From: a virus
Length of the DNA stretch: 64,000 bases
Direction: 5' to 3' (one strand)
IMG/VR virus record: IMGVR_UViG_3300037875_000559
Span: 20,199-84,198 of that record
Within the stretch, counting starts at the first letter, position 1, and each line of letters begins with the position of its first letter. This document shows, piece after piece, positions 20,101-29,475 of the stretch. Below the pieces are notes generated by a model that saw nothing but the letters and a program-made list of their open reading frames with translations, ran no database searches and was not told where the DNA came from. A program made the translations under genes and the position numbers.

Positions 20101-21163
20101 ATTTCCTAATACAGGCCAAAAAAGTCAAGCTCTAGGAAACCAGTTGAAAACCGCTCAAGTTCGATTTAAGGATGAGCATATCTCTATTACGGATAAACAC
20201 AAAACTGTTGTTCCTAAAGACAAGAGAGGGATTATTTCTCAAACTATTAAAGGGGTAGTCGCAGGAGTTAAATCCGACCATGCACCTATTTTCATAAATA
20301 TGAAAAATCTTACAGAAGCACAGTATAAAACAGAGGTAAACAAGATTGTTCTAGACCTAACTCTAATCTTTGGGGTAACAAACATAAAAGGTTCAAAAGG
20401 TATTTCGGGGAAATCCAGAGTAGGAGAGACCAATAAGTTTAATGGTTATGTCTCACCCATATTTCCTATTTCTGATGAAAAAGGTTATGAGGTTTTCGGG
20501 GCATATCAATATGGTAGAGGTTTGGACATAATCCCCAATGGGGAGTTTGATTCACTCTTAAAAAGAGATGCTACTTTGCTTCTCACAAATACTGAGTCAG
20601 ACCAACTTCTTGAGGGGGTGAAAGAAGGGAATGGACGATTCGCCTATCTTACCGTAGCAGGAGCTGTTTACAAGAGACTCAATGGAGACGGTGCATCAAT
20701 AGGGCAGGAGTTAAAAGACGTTTATTTCAGACTGACAGGAAAAGAGGCTCCAGGTGAAAAAAAGAACTTAATTAGAGGTATTGCTACTGCCTTAGAAAAA
20801 TCGGATCGTGGAGATCAAATTGTAGTGAACACACCGACAAGGTTGAGAGATCTACGACCTTTATTACAAGAGAAAGAGGCGTGTGATTGTCGTGCAGATA
20901 ACGCAGACATTCAGATTATTTTGGCAGAGGAGTTCCTTCAACCTGTTGAAGGAGAGGAACAAGAGAGTGCAATCGTAAGAGCACAGAAAGCCAAGATAGA
21001 GAGCAAAGTAAAAGATTGGTCAGACAGACAAGCTTCTCTTCAAGGAGAAACAGAGTCTTCTTCTTCAGCTTTACCTACAAACATTGGTAGTAGAATAGAG
21101 GGGGCGATTAAAGACTTTAAGTCTCTGAGTGATTTCCCATTACCTAAGCCACCAAAGGATTAA
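17189..21163 (+). CDS. Baseplate hub protein (gp27/late-control-D-like) with long insertions
   Basis: PVFHGVVTSVSYSFSGG, YEFYQDVDGSLVFKPPFYN, LRPEMRPGYPVYI..IDCFYYVTAISHSF are hub-type motifs. Confidence 0.7.
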   Translation: MSVDKRPYAGNWSPDILNYKRKYTTWTPDAIVLFNGDTKLPGCNECKNKIDFQAFITSVNCSGGTDSGSSSADISLAIPSHYGDSIFKDGEFLFQTGVEVNIYYRGFFEVSGLRPEGETVSENIGGEQVEFDLNKVEMRPYYPVFHGVVTSVSYSFSGGFYSASLSCANILHFWNNQKISTSAAYLAAKPSASRGSVRFNGHVYTNMTPHQIIYDLYRDSSGSADGVGWTFSRKSNMTGKTQLEGRSESLYSLSLLYWNSRFAQGAYSLRMYGASGAVYTGLQTTYLGNKIATSKKLQKLSTSAKKSNAAQEFQTEYAIKLSERDEKLRVLRQPDGDYLPALPGSKTGVSVADQKSFITDISAMGSFELFDTQYDTKLGIASQVADKAGYEFYQDVDGSLVFKPPFYNLDTSSSRVYRIENEDILDISFENQEPEYTYAVCKGGLFRNTAGLGMEGTWGVKSTYVDYRLVAKYGWKALEFDTTFFNNKTAAYYAAVVELEKSNVNVNGCSVTIPLRPEMRPGYPVYIPYIDCFYYVTAISHSFSFGSDCTTSLTLTARRKKFHAPATSSKNGIESVDLGNPALPPKRLIFKDQRGHYNTIGFPNVVMALDPTKVNPNHSFFRFDFHEGLVSNNSKLRRAFKNALILQAYEMKILTLSSSASADPNDDGFFNGPWTLSIEGENGGAETIKLGREVRRVPIYKKNQAGKKVKSGRSKTVGVDIKGTSALRGLAQARDKKISDAMKNRNKADFGEVDKEAREAYYKARNDLKGGDNFTVIDLIDLVQDSNPSGGQPDSDNSASTANILKLLDDKKSSFNPNVPGYYRYYSSSHPKPEHQAPLDMVVDPETNKLTSLDPQLLVDGVEGFVIKDKKTTPALPDEVVVQKETIKRGFKTKTKYSKAEPEIVPTKDILHLSFQYHGAYKKKGIYTDAIKVKRSPKSIIRDIRKAVTSGVNRAFKGKKSILSSALVLSVFPNTGQKSQALGNQLKTAQVRFKDEHISITDKHKTVVPKDKRGIISQTIKGVVAGVKSDHAPIFINMKNLTEAQYKTEVNKIVLDLTLIFGVTNIKGSKGISGKSRVGETNKFNGYVSPIFPISDEKGYEVFGAYQYGRGLDIIPNGEFDSLLKRDATLLLTNTESDQLLEGVKEGNGRFAYLTVAGAVYKRLNGDGASIGQELKDVYFRLTGKEAPGEKKNLIRGIATALEKSDRGDQIVVNTPTRLRDLRPLLQEKEACDCRADNADIQIILAEEFLQPVEGEEQESAIVRAQKAKIESKVKDWSDRQASLQGETESSSSALPTNIGSRIEGAIKDFKSLSDFPLPKPPKD

Positions 21164-21168
21164 GAAAT

Positions 21169-23481
21169 ATGAGTCCAAAAAATCCTGTTAGCAGAGCTAA
21201 AATGTCAGCCAATGAGCTGAACTTAGAAATAAAAACAAGAGCACCTAGAAGTAAAGATCCAGGAAATAACTTTGGTTTAGCTATAGCGAGAATTACACAT
21301 GTCTATTGGGAAGAAATGCGTGTTTCCATAGAGACTGTATTCGGAGATTCTGATAGGACACCTTATAATGGTGTAGAAATAACTCAAGCTTCTATTGGGT
21401 CTAGACATTTCTTAGGGGCAATGCCCGAAATAGGGGATTTCTGCGTTGTGGGTTGGTTTGGAGCTAATACAGGAGGCGGAGCAGGAAAGAAATCGCCTGC
21501 TATTCTTTCTTGGATGCCTAGACCTTCTTATTTCGGCTATGATTGGCTTCCTGTTCAAGACTATGGCTCTGATGAGGGTGTGATGGAAACACCTGCTCAA
21601 AGAGAAGAAATAGAGTCTCATGCAAATCGCTTAAGGTTTAAGATGAGACATTGGGAGCCAGGGATGGTGGGTGCGAGTTCATCTCAAGGTTCAGATTTAG
21701 TATTAGACGAGAGTGTCTTACTGACAAACCGAAGAGCAAATGAAATCTTACTTAGAGATCAAGACCAAGCGATTGTAATGAGGTCTCTTCAACAGTTTCA
21801 TGCTATGTCAGGAGCTAGGATTTATGGTGGCATGGTACAGAGAGATGCTCAAATGCTTCCTAAAGAAATGGTGTATGAAGATACTCTTTGGGATATCAAA
21901 GAAGTCTTAGACGAAGATGGGTTTCCTGCTGAGAACACAGATACAGACCAAGATAAAATAGGACACCTGAATCCACACCCATTATTTCTTAAAGGTACAG
22001 ATGGTAAGACAGACATAGAGAGAGAGCGAGGGGATACACTCCCTTCTACAATCGACCCATATTCTTTCTTTCTTGATGCGGGGGTTATTTCTTCTGATGG
22101 ACAAGTTCTTTTCGATTACGACAAGGGTGTAGTCTATGGGGGCAAATCTATCCTCAGAATAAACAAGGTCGGGGATTCAGCAACTACAGAGTCTTTGACA
22201 GAATATCGTGTTGAGCTTTCCCATACTTCTAAAGGTACACTACCTGTAACAGAGGAGACAGATGGCTTTGATGTAGATAAGCAGGAAGACAAAGAGCGAT
22301 ACATTGAAAATGTGTTAGGTTCTGTCGTAGGTAATGACCCTTTCGGAGATGAATCTGAGCTATATGGCATACCACTAAAAGCAGTGGTGGATGATGAGGG
22401 TGCTAGAATTGAAGCCGAGACTTCGGAACTAGGAGATCAAAGTGCTACTTTGTTCAGATTATTTCCGATAGATGAGCCGGAACAGTCTGCGACTTTCACA
22501 TCTTTCAAAAAAGATGGTTCGTTTATAGCAAGTATAGGTTCGCTATCTTCTGAAGCAGTGAACATAAATGTTGAGGGTGGTTTAAAAGTACGCTCAAGGA
22601 CTACTACAGAAATAAAAGCATCTAAAGTTAGTCTTGTCGGTGGAGTAGACGAGGGAGACGGGGTGGAGATTTCATCGGGTCAAGGTGTAGTTGTAATCAA
22701 AGGTGAGGGCAGTCAAGAAATAGGGGGTCAAGGTTTAGGTTCAGATTTAAAGAAGACTAGTATTTCTTTGCAAGCGAAAAAGAGTATTTCTTTACAGTCT
22801 AGTACTGCGATAGTAATGGATGCTCCGATGGTTGACTTTTCAAACGTGAAGAGTTTCAACTTTTCAGCTCAAGACCAAATGGCTTTAAAAGGCGGAAGAC
22901 AAGTAAAGATAGACACCGAGAACTTGCTTGTGAACTCATCAGGACCAAAAAGAGAACTTATTTCTGGCCCAAGCCAAGGTATACCGATAAACGATCAGGG
23001 TGAGAGTAAGATAATCGCTTGTTCTCCTGCTACGGGTTCTGTAGGTGGTGTTGTTAAGAATACGACACTTGTAGCAGGCGATGAGCTAAAGACTCAGATA
23101 GGTCCGGGAAACAACACTACGTTGATGAGTGCAGGTACACATTCAACTGCGGTTGGGACAGGGGCTATTTCTCAAACTGTGGGTGTGAATAATACACTAA
23201 CGAGTCCTGTGGGTGTGGTTCAGACTTTAGGAGCAGGCAACTCGATAGTGAATGTGTCTACAGGAGCACACAGTGTGAACTCAACTGTTGCAATAGGTAT
23301 GCGAACAGTAGGTGTGGCTAATCTTTCGGGAGCGTCTTTAGTTTTAGAAGCTACTGCAAGCCCGTCTGTTGTAGGCCCTATAATGTGTGGTTCAGATATC
23401 CACCCTTTGATAGGACTACCTTATGCCGCTCTAGGTATGTTGCCTAGATCCCAGGTTTTAGCACCGAAGGTTGCCCCTTAA
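21169..23481 (+). CDS. Baseplate central spike (gp5/gpV-like)
   Basis: N-terminal OB-fold-like GAMPEIGDFCVVGW; C-terminal V/G/T/S-rich beta-helix-like repeats; tip CGSDIHP. Confidence 0.7.
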   Translation: MSPKNPVSRAKMSANELNLEIKTRAPRSKDPGNNFGLAIARITHVYWEEMRVSIETVFGDSDRTPYNGVEITQASIGSRHFLGAMPEIGDFCVVGWFGANTGGGAGKKSPAILSWMPRPSYFGYDWLPVQDYGSDEGVMETPAQREEIESHANRLRFKMRHWEPGMVGASSSQGSDLVLDESVLLTNRRANEILLRDQDQAIVMRSLQQFHAMSGARIYGGMVQRDAQMLPKEMVYEDTLWDIKEVLDEDGFPAENTDTDQDKIGHLNPHPLFLKGTDGKTDIERERGDTLPSTIDPYSFFLDAGVISSDGQVLFDYDKGVVYGGKSILRINKVGDSATTESLTEYRVELSHTSKGTLPVTEETDGFDVDKQEDKERYIENVLGSVVGNDPFGDESELYGIPLKAVVDDEGARIEAETSELGDQSATLFRLFPIDEPEQSATFTSFKKDGSFIASIGSLSSEAVNINVEGGLKVRSRTTTEIKASKVSLVGGVDEGDGVEISSGQGVVVIKGEGSQEIGGQGLGSDLKKTSISLQAKKSISLQSSTAIVMDAPMVDFSNVKSFNFSAQDQMALKGGRQVKIDTENLLVNSSGPKRELISGPSQGIPINDQGESKIIACSPATGSVGGVVKNTTLVAGDELKTQIGPGNNTTLMSAGTHSTAVGTGAISQTVGVNNTLTSPVGVVQTLGAGNSIVNVSTGAHSVNSTVAIGMRTVGVANLSGASLVLEATASPSVVGPIMCGSDIHPLIGLPYAALGMLPRSQVLAPKVAP

Positions 23482-23491
23482 TAGCCTTCTT

Positions 23492-23758
23492 TTATATCAA
23501 GTCTTGGTACATCTCTCTTAAAGTCTCGACTATTTCTCTAAAGTCATTCGTCTTAGTTTCAAAAGCAGGCACTTTTATTTCATATTCTCCGTTTATTTCG
23601 CAGTAAACAACTACATCGTCAGGAAACTGATCTTCTTTGAGAAGGAGTTGGTATTTCATACCTGTGAGAGTTTTGGAATCAAACTCAAGTTTAATTCCAA
23701 AACCACTCGATGAGAGTATTTGGTCAGAGATTATATTTGCTTTTTCTTTTGCTTGCAT
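23492..23758 (-). CDS. Hypothetical protein
   Basis: ORF with SD GAAGG, in a co-directional minus-strand run. Confidence 0.5.
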   Translation of the reverse strand: MQAKEKANIISDQILSSSGFGIKLEFDSKTLTGMKYQLLLKEDQFPDDVVVYCEINGEYEIKVPAFETKTNDFREIVETLREMYQDLI

Positions 23759-23775
23759 ACCTTCGTATATTTCTT

Positions 23776-24282
23776 TCAGATTGAGGATAAGATCGAAGCT
23801 TCTTCATTGTCCCAAAGGATTTCTCCTTGAGATAACTTGGCGTGAAGAAGTTTAAGCCTGGCATCGCTTTGGAATCGGGGGCTTGAAGAAATAGCTGACA
23901 TCCACTTGGTCTTATACAGATCACGATCAGCGATCTTTTCGTAGAATGTGTGCTTACTCATATACTCTTTTTTCCAATGAGAAATACCTTCCGCCCAAGT
24001 GGTCTTCCAATTAGTAGTCCTCTTGAAGTGCTTTCGATCTCTCGCCTTTCGATTAAGAGTCCAACCATTGACTCTACTAACGAGAGTCAAGTTCATGGAA
24101 GCGAACCCCTTCGTAACGCAGTTGTCGTTTTTGGTTTGAGTAGAAGAAAGTTTGATAGCCACTTTGGGGCTAAGGACAATAAAATAGATTCCTTGCTTAT
24201 CTAAATCTCTTGTCCAAGAATAATTCTTGGCGTTGAGCCACGTTTCAAGTTCAGTTCGGCTAATATTAGTGTACGACATCAT
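23776..24282 (-). CDS. Hypothetical protein
   Basis: ORF with SD GGAG; Trp-rich, basic. Confidence 0.6.
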   Translation of the reverse strand: MMSYTNISRTELETWLNAKNYSWTRDLDKQGIYFIVLSPKVAIKLSSTQTKNDNCVTKGFASMNLTLVSRVNGWTLNRKARDRKHFKRTTNWKTTWAEGISHWKKEYMSKHTFYEKIADRDLYKTKWMSAISSSPRFQSDARLKLLHAKLSQGEILWDNEEASILSSI

Positions 24283-24303
24283 TACGCTCCATTTGTTTGG
24301 TGT

Positions 24304-25206
24304 TTAGAGGTTTTCTAGGAAATCATCAAAGTTATCAGACACATTGTCTTGTTCTACATTCTTCACGGGGGGTGTGGAGTCCAGGTTTTTTTCCTTTTTC
24401 CACTTTAAGAATTGATCTCGGTTATCTTCATATTCTTTAAAGAGAGCAAAGTTCTCTTTGTCCATAGCGTTTATGGACCAGTACTCTCTAGTCTCTTCAC
24501 CTTCGGGACAAACTTTGGCTTGTTTTTTAGTGTTGTGTAGATCTTCGGGGAGAAGACAAGTCCAATATCCCTCTTTATTAGAAAGAGGCACAGCATATAC
24601 TGAAACATGGACTTCGGTGATCTCTACTTGTTTGACAGATTGGTCTGCACATTTAGCCCAAAATACATCTCCTTTTCTTGGTATTTCTGTTTCTTTAGAA
24701 ATAACACTACCCTTTATGTTTTTAGGTTGAGTCACATTTATTTTAACAAGACCAGAACCTGAAACATAGTCATCGGGATAGAAGCCCTTCTTATCTCTCT
24801 TGGGTTCTCTGACTGTCTCAGGCACGACTTCTTTTGTTTGAGATGGAGTTTGACTTTTGCTCTGTTTCTTTGTGTCTTTTTGATATGCTTCGTTTAAGCC
24901 TAGTACTTTACTTTCACCAAGAGCGTTATTGAGTAGCTCCACTTCAATATTCAAATCCATGATAGAGGTTTGTTTTTTAGAGCCTGCGACAAGAATGGTT
25001 TTTGATGCGAGAGCTTTATCGTCTCTATGGAATACCCCTAGTTTTTCTCCATGTTCTAAGAGTAAGTTCCAACGAGCATTTCCCATTTTTTTAATGCCCA
25101 ATGCCTTACACGCATATTTCTTCCAATGGTCTGCTTTTTTTCTTTTCCCTTTGTCACTCTTCAGTGCGTCTAAAACTGCATTGCAGGCTTTTGTTTGTAT
25201 GTCCAT
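24304..25206 (-). CDS. Hypothetical protein with acidic-aromatic C-terminus (DNFDDFLENL)
   Basis: Likely start MDIQTK at 25206 (SD AAGGAG). Confidence 0.6.
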   Translation of the reverse strand: MDIQTKACNAVLDALKSDKGKRKKADHWKKYACKALGIKKMGNARWNLLLEHGEKLGVFHRDDKALASKTILVAGSKKQTSIMDLNIEVELLNNALGESKVLGLNEAYQKDTKKQSKSQTPSQTKEVVPETVREPKRDKKGFYPDDYVSGSGLVKINVTQPKNIKGSVISKETEIPRKGDVFWAKCADQSVKQVEITEVHVSVYAVPLSNKEGYWTCLLPEDLHNTKKQAKVCPEGEETREYWSINAMDKENFALFKEYEDNRDQFLKWKKEKNLDSTPPVKNVEQDNVSDNFDDFLENL

Positions 25207-25819
25207 ATGTTGGTGTCTCCTTGTGTGAGAAAATAAAAAGATGACTTTCGTCTTCGACAATATGTGTAGCATCTCTAAACATAGACGTATCTTTGTAGCC
25301 TATTTCTGTGAGTCTGTACTCTACACCTAGAATTTTATATACGAGTACTTGGTTTGTGGTTTGTGCCTGTTCTTCAGAGTAGAAGCCACATTGTATTGGA
25401 CTCTCTAAAATACGAGCGTGGGTCTTGTCTGATTTTAAGCCGATGTCTTTTCTATTTTTGAAAGGACAATAGCCACAGACATTGTACAAGTATTCTATAT
25501 TCTTTTCGGAGGGATCTTGATCCAGATTTAAATCGAGACTTTTTTCTTGTGTCTCCCAATGTAAGGGTGGGGACACAGGTTGAGCAGACAACTTAAGGTA
25601 ATGGTTTAAGAATTTACGATAGAGTTCTTCTTCGCTCATAAACTTAGTTCTACCAGAATAGTCAGAAGCCATGTATTTCCTCTCATATGAAGAGAAGGAA
25701 CTATTTCCATGAAAGACTAAGTTGTAAAAACTAGTGTCGTTTTCTATTAGAGAACACACAGGTCGTGTGTACCCTAGATTTCTAATAATTCTTAAATCAG
25801 TAGGGTTGATGTATAACAT
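25154..25819 (-). CDS. Hypothetical protein (CxxC motif)
   Basis: SD AGGAG; CGYCP. Confidence 0.55.
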   Translation of the reverse strand: MLYINPTDLRIIRNLGYTRPVCSLIENDTSFYNLVFHGNSSFSSYERKYMASDYSGRTKFMSEEELYRKFLNHYLKLSAQPVSPPLHWETQEKSLDLNLDQDPSEKNIEYLYNVCGYCPFKNRKDIGLKSDKTHARILESPIQCGFYSEEQAQTTNQVLVYKILGVEYRLTEIGYKDTSMFRDATHIVEDESHLFIFSHKETPTYGHTNKSLQCSFRRTEE

Positions 25820-25870
25820 AGGAGACTCCTAAAGTTTTGTTTACTAACATATCTCGTAAAAGGTTTTAAA

Positions 25871-27823
25871 ATGAGCGTAGACCCAGATAAACTCTCTTCT
25901 TTCTTTCGGGACTTATTTAAACGCCCGACATACCGTATGTCCTTATTTGGGCTTTATAATATTGACCGCAATGGAGACATTGAAGAAATAAAGAATGAAA
26001 TTAATGGTTTCATAGACCCTGTTTCTTTGGCAAAAAGAGGATATGCGGGTTTTGTGTGGGATCTTAAAGATTTGGGAAAAAAAGAAATAGTTTTCAAGGG
26101 TCAATCTGCTAGTCCAGGAGACGAGTTGAGTTTGTCTCTCAAAAATAACCAAAAGGCGGGGCTTTTTGCCTCACTAGAAGACCTCAAAGCTATTTTCAAC
26201 TTATTGCGTGTTCGATTTCCTCAGAAATTGGACAATATGCTAAAAACAGCAAAAGCTAATGTGAATCCTATTAGGCAACGATCACAATTCACTTGTGTAA
26301 CAACTTCGACCTGCATGGCATTAAATGCTTTAGGTGTTCAATGTTCAGAAGATGATGTGAACAAGGTCATAGGGGCGAAGCCTATGCAGGGTGCCAGATG
26401 GGAAGAAGTGTTAGCTTGTGCTCAGTATTTTGGAGCAAGAGCAACTTTGACGACACCTGCTACTTTAACACAGGTGAAAGAGTGGACAGACGCAGGTAAA
26501 CCCGTTCTTATCGCATGGAATCCTGAAGGTAGGGAGTGGAGTCATGCTAGTCTTATCTTTGATGTTACAGGTGAGAAGGGGAGCTATTTAGTACATATCG
26601 CAGACCCCAATATACCTAACCCTGATAAAACGGTAAGACTCGTAGAAGAAGATGAGTTCTATTCTAAATGGTTTGAAAAATGGCCTAACTATTTAGTGCG
26701 AAGACCTGCTCTGATGTTAGATAGAGAAATAACATCTGACGGAAGACAAGTGATGGCAAGCCAAGAAAAAGAAGCAAGTGCAAGAGACAAACCTCGAACT
26801 CTTAAAGGGGGTACGATTAAAGTACCCATTAGAGGGGGTCATGTCCTTATTTCTCAGTGGGTTTTAGATCATGTAATGCACCACAACGAAGTTGGCTCTG
26901 GTTCTGTGTTTTCAAGTGCTATGGATGAGCGAACTTTGATCAAGTTGGCTCAGAAAGCTCCGATCAAAGGCGACGGAGGGCTACACACTATGAAAGCCAA
27001 TGGAGTTGGCTATGACTTAGTTATGTCTATAGAGGAAGCACTTTCTTTACCCGACGCAGTTCAGACTGAGGTAGTAAAGGAGGAGCGAGGTAGGAAAGTG
27101 ACTGTTCCTGCTGTTGAAACATCAGCACCTCTCAGATCATTTCAGACTGACGTAGTTACTTTGATTGTCAAACCTAGTAACCCGAAGTTTTTGCCCGATG
27201 ATGCTAAACGTATACCTGCTATTCTTAAAGATGTTCAAGATGGCAGGTCTTATTCAGTTCTCACTGCATTTCCCGGAGACCCCGATGTGCCTGTGGCTTC
27301 TCAGTGGGGGGGACGTTTTGCAGTTGTGATTCCAAACACTCAAGGTAGAATGGCTTCAGAGAAACCTAACTTCTTTTCTGTGGTAAAAGAAATGACTTCT
27401 ACAGTGAGGCATCTCGGCTATCTTATGACTTTTGATAGAGGTTCTTCAAAAATATGCACGAAAGAGCCTTATCTTGTGTTTAAAATCTCAGTTCCAGGTA
27501 TCGGACACTATTCGTTAGACTTTGAAAGAAATAATGTTTCTCTCTATGAGGGAGGAGAGCTTCTAAAATCTTTCACAGATGTTAAAGACTTTCCTGATAT
27601 TTTAAGATTTCTTCCTAAACAGCTTGCTGACATGAGTTTAAAACCTCAAGTAAAAGAAATGACAGTCGTAGATGGACACACAGTAGAAGAAATAACTGAC
27701 CTATTAAACTCAGACTTACCTAAGCGAGAGAAAGCACATGAGCTTCAAGATCTTATTCCGTCAACAAAAGACAGATTGAGTAAGACAGATCGAGCGTTAA
27801 GAGAGATGAACAAGATTCTTTAG
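25871..27823 (+). CDS. Multidomain protein: C39-like cysteine peptidase plus toxin/RNase-like domain
   Basis: IRQRSQFTC (Q..C), WSHASL (H) and IADP (D) form a C39-type triad; a later domain has DHVMHH..GSVF...LTAFPG. Confidence 0.7.
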   Translation: MSVDPDKLSSFFRDLFKRPTYRMSLFGLYNIDRNGDIEEIKNEINGFIDPVSLAKRGYAGFVWDLKDLGKKEIVFKGQSASPGDELSLSLKNNQKAGLFASLEDLKAIFNLLRVRFPQKLDNMLKTAKANVNPIRQRSQFTCVTTSTCMALNALGVQCSEDDVNKVIGAKPMQGARWEEVLACAQYFGARATLTTPATLTQVKEWTDAGKPVLIAWNPEGREWSHASLIFDVTGEKGSYLVHIADPNIPNPDKTVRLVEEDEFYSKWFEKWPNYLVRRPALMLDREITSDGRQVMASQEKEASARDKPRTLKGGTIKVPIRGGHVLISQWVLDHVMHHNEVGSGSVFSSAMDERTLIKLAQKAPIKGDGGLHTMKANGVGYDLVMSIEEALSLPDAVQTEVVKEERGRKVTVPAVETSAPLRSFQTDVVTLIVKPSNPKFLPDDAKRIPAILKDVQDGRSYSVLTAFPGDPDVPVASQWGGRFAVVIPNTQGRMASEKPNFFSVVKEMTSTVRHLGYLMTFDRGSSKICTKEPYLVFKISVPGIGHYSLDFERNNVSLYEGGELLKSFTDVKDFPDILRFLPKQLADMSLKPQVKEMTVVDGHTVEEITDLLNSDLPKREKAHELQDLIPSTKDRLSKTDRALREMNKIL

Positions 27824-28140
27824 TAGGAAATAACCCCAAAGTATTTCTTCCCTACTATTTCTAACGGGGAGTTTTGGGTTCTTTGTATTGTCCATTCAAC
27901 ATAGTATTCTCCCATTGTCATTGAAGTGGGGATAGCTTCGTTGACATAGTGCCTACCTTCAGAGAATCTAGTGGGAATCCTGTTAGGAAGCCCGACTCTC
28001 CATTTTCCTCTAGTGTTGCTATTTCCGTAGATAGTATAAGAAATAGCGTAGGGGTCAAAAGGATTCCCTTGTTCATCTTTGAACGTGACAAACAAATCCT
28101 TTTCATTGAGTTGTTGTAGTTGTTGGAATGCGACAGCCAT
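27820..28140 (-). CDS. Small beta-sandwich virion-type protein
   Basis: TFKDEQGNPFDP...GEYYVEWT, Ig/BppU-like pattern. Confidence 0.45.
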   Translation of the reverse strand: MAVAFQQLQQLNEKDLFVTFKDEQGNPFDPYAISYTIYGNSNTRGKWRVGLPNRIPTRFSEGRHYVNEAIPTSMTMGEYYVEWTIQRTQNSPLEIVGKKYFGVISY

Positions 28141-28149
28141 TTTATTTCC

Positions 28150-28494
28150 TTAGAAAGAAGTGTAGAATCTTTGTGTGTCTATAGCACCATTAACTACAAC
28201 CACTTGGTTGGAAGTAATCGTAGTTTGATCGTCTGAGAATGTCGCAGAAAACTCACAGAATACTATTTCTCCTTCAAGTCCTTCTGTTATTTCTACTCTA
28301 GTAATGAATCTGTGGTTTTGGTCTGTAGCAACCATAGGGACATCTGCATTCCCTATTAGAGTCTTAACCCCTCCCACATAATAGAATATATTGGCGATGA
28401 CGTTCTCTACGTTGAGAGGTCTTCCATAAGGGTCTACCCATGATACTTGAAATGGGTGTGAGTCTCCTACTCTTGCTGTAGTTGTATATGTCAT
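28150..28494 (-). CDS. Small beta-sandwich virion-type protein
   Basis: RVGDSHPFQVSWVDPYGRPLN, similar in type to its neighbour. Confidence 0.45.
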   Translation of the reverse strand: MTYTTTARVGDSHPFQVSWVDPYGRPLNVENVIANIFYYVGGVKTLIGNADVPMVATDQNHRFITRVEITEGLEGEIVFCEFSATFSDDQTTITSNQVVVVNGAIDTQRFYTSF

Positions 28495-28530
28495 GTCTCG
28501 TATCCCTTTCTTTTTAGAAATAACAATCAG

Positions 28531-28557
28531 ATAAACATTCTATAATACTTTCTTTAT
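28531..28557. promoter_or_regulatory. Divergent pair of putative late-promoter motifs
   Basis: TAGAATGTTTAT on minus (28531-28542) and TACTTTCTTTAT on plus (28546-28557) between divergent genes. Confidence 0.4.
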
Positions 28558-28604
28558 TATAAGTACGTTTTAGCTAAGATTTCACATTGGAAAAACATAG
28601 GACA

Positions 28605-29471
28605 ATGAATATGGACATTTTCGACAAGATTGCAGACGATTTCATCAGTAAAAAAGCTTCTCTCTCGCAACCTCTCAGATTAAGAAGAGACTATGGCGAG
28701 GAAGAAATCACTAAAGAAGCTCAGATGACTAAAGAGAAGTTTGCAGAGCGTATGGAGAATGATCCTGAGTTCGCTGAGAAATGGAACGCTAACAAGAAGA
28801 CTAAGAAGCAGGCAGGCGAGGATGAGATTGACCGCATTTCTTCAGAGTTTATTTCTGAGCGTGTAGCTTACGCTAAAGGCTCTAAAGGTTCTAAGGACTT
28901 CAAGAAATATCATGGCTCGAACAAAGATTTTGCCGAAACTTGGGATGGTCAGATCGAAGCGAATAAAGATATGATTAAGTCAAAGGGCAAGAGCGACAGT
29001 AAAAAAATCGACCTCTCTAGTAAGCCAAAGGGTAAGTCTAAAGGTCCTGATATTTCCGCTATGGGTCGTTTAGCGACCGAGAGTGATATTGATCGTATTG
29101 TTTCAGAGTTTATTTCTGAGAGAGTCGCTTATGCTAAAGGCGAAGAAGGTCGCAAGCAACTTGAGGAGAAAAAGAAGAATGATCCTGAGTTCGCTGAGAA
29201 ATGGGAAGAGAATACCGTCCACTCTAAAGAGGAGATGGACGAGAAGATGGGTAAGTCAGCAGGCCATCATGATCACCACAGAGGTTCTTACATGAGTGTA
29301 CAGCATCTAGCTGAGATGCAAGACCTTATCGCAGGTATTTCTGATATGGTACATCGTGATGAAGAGCTTCCTAATTGGGTGGATTCCAAAATCGCTCATA
29401 TACATCAAAATCTCTTAGATCTTGTTGGTTATTTCCAATATGGTAATGGCTACCACACACACGAGGATTGA
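28605..29471 (+). CDS. Highly charged repeat protein, putative internal head/scaffold-like
   Basis: Repeats IDRI.SEFISERVAYAKG x2 and NDPEFAEKW x2; C-term helical ELPNWVDSKIAH module. Confidence 0.55.
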   Translation: MNMDIFDKIADDFISKKASLSQPLRLRRDYGEEEITKEAQMTKEKFAERMENDPEFAEKWNANKKTKKQAGEDEIDRISSEFISERVAYAKGSKGSKDFKKYHGSNKDFAETWDGQIEANKDMIKSKGKSDSKKIDLSSKPKGKSKGPDISAMGRLATESDIDRIVSEFISERVAYAKGEEGRKQLEEKKKNDPEFAEKWEENTVHSKEEMDEKMGKSAGHHDHHRGSYMSVQHLAEMQDLIAGISDMVHRDEELPNWVDSKIAHIHQNLLDLVGYFQYGNGYHTHED

Positions 29472-29475
29472 AAAA

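Noticed and set aside
9269-23481. Bacterial eCIS/tailocin/T6SS locus or NCLDV origin
   Set aside because: The window has phage-type replication genes, SD-led compact genes and no cellular housekeeping context. A contractile tail excludes NCLDV despite the Topo IB and Slx1-like genes.
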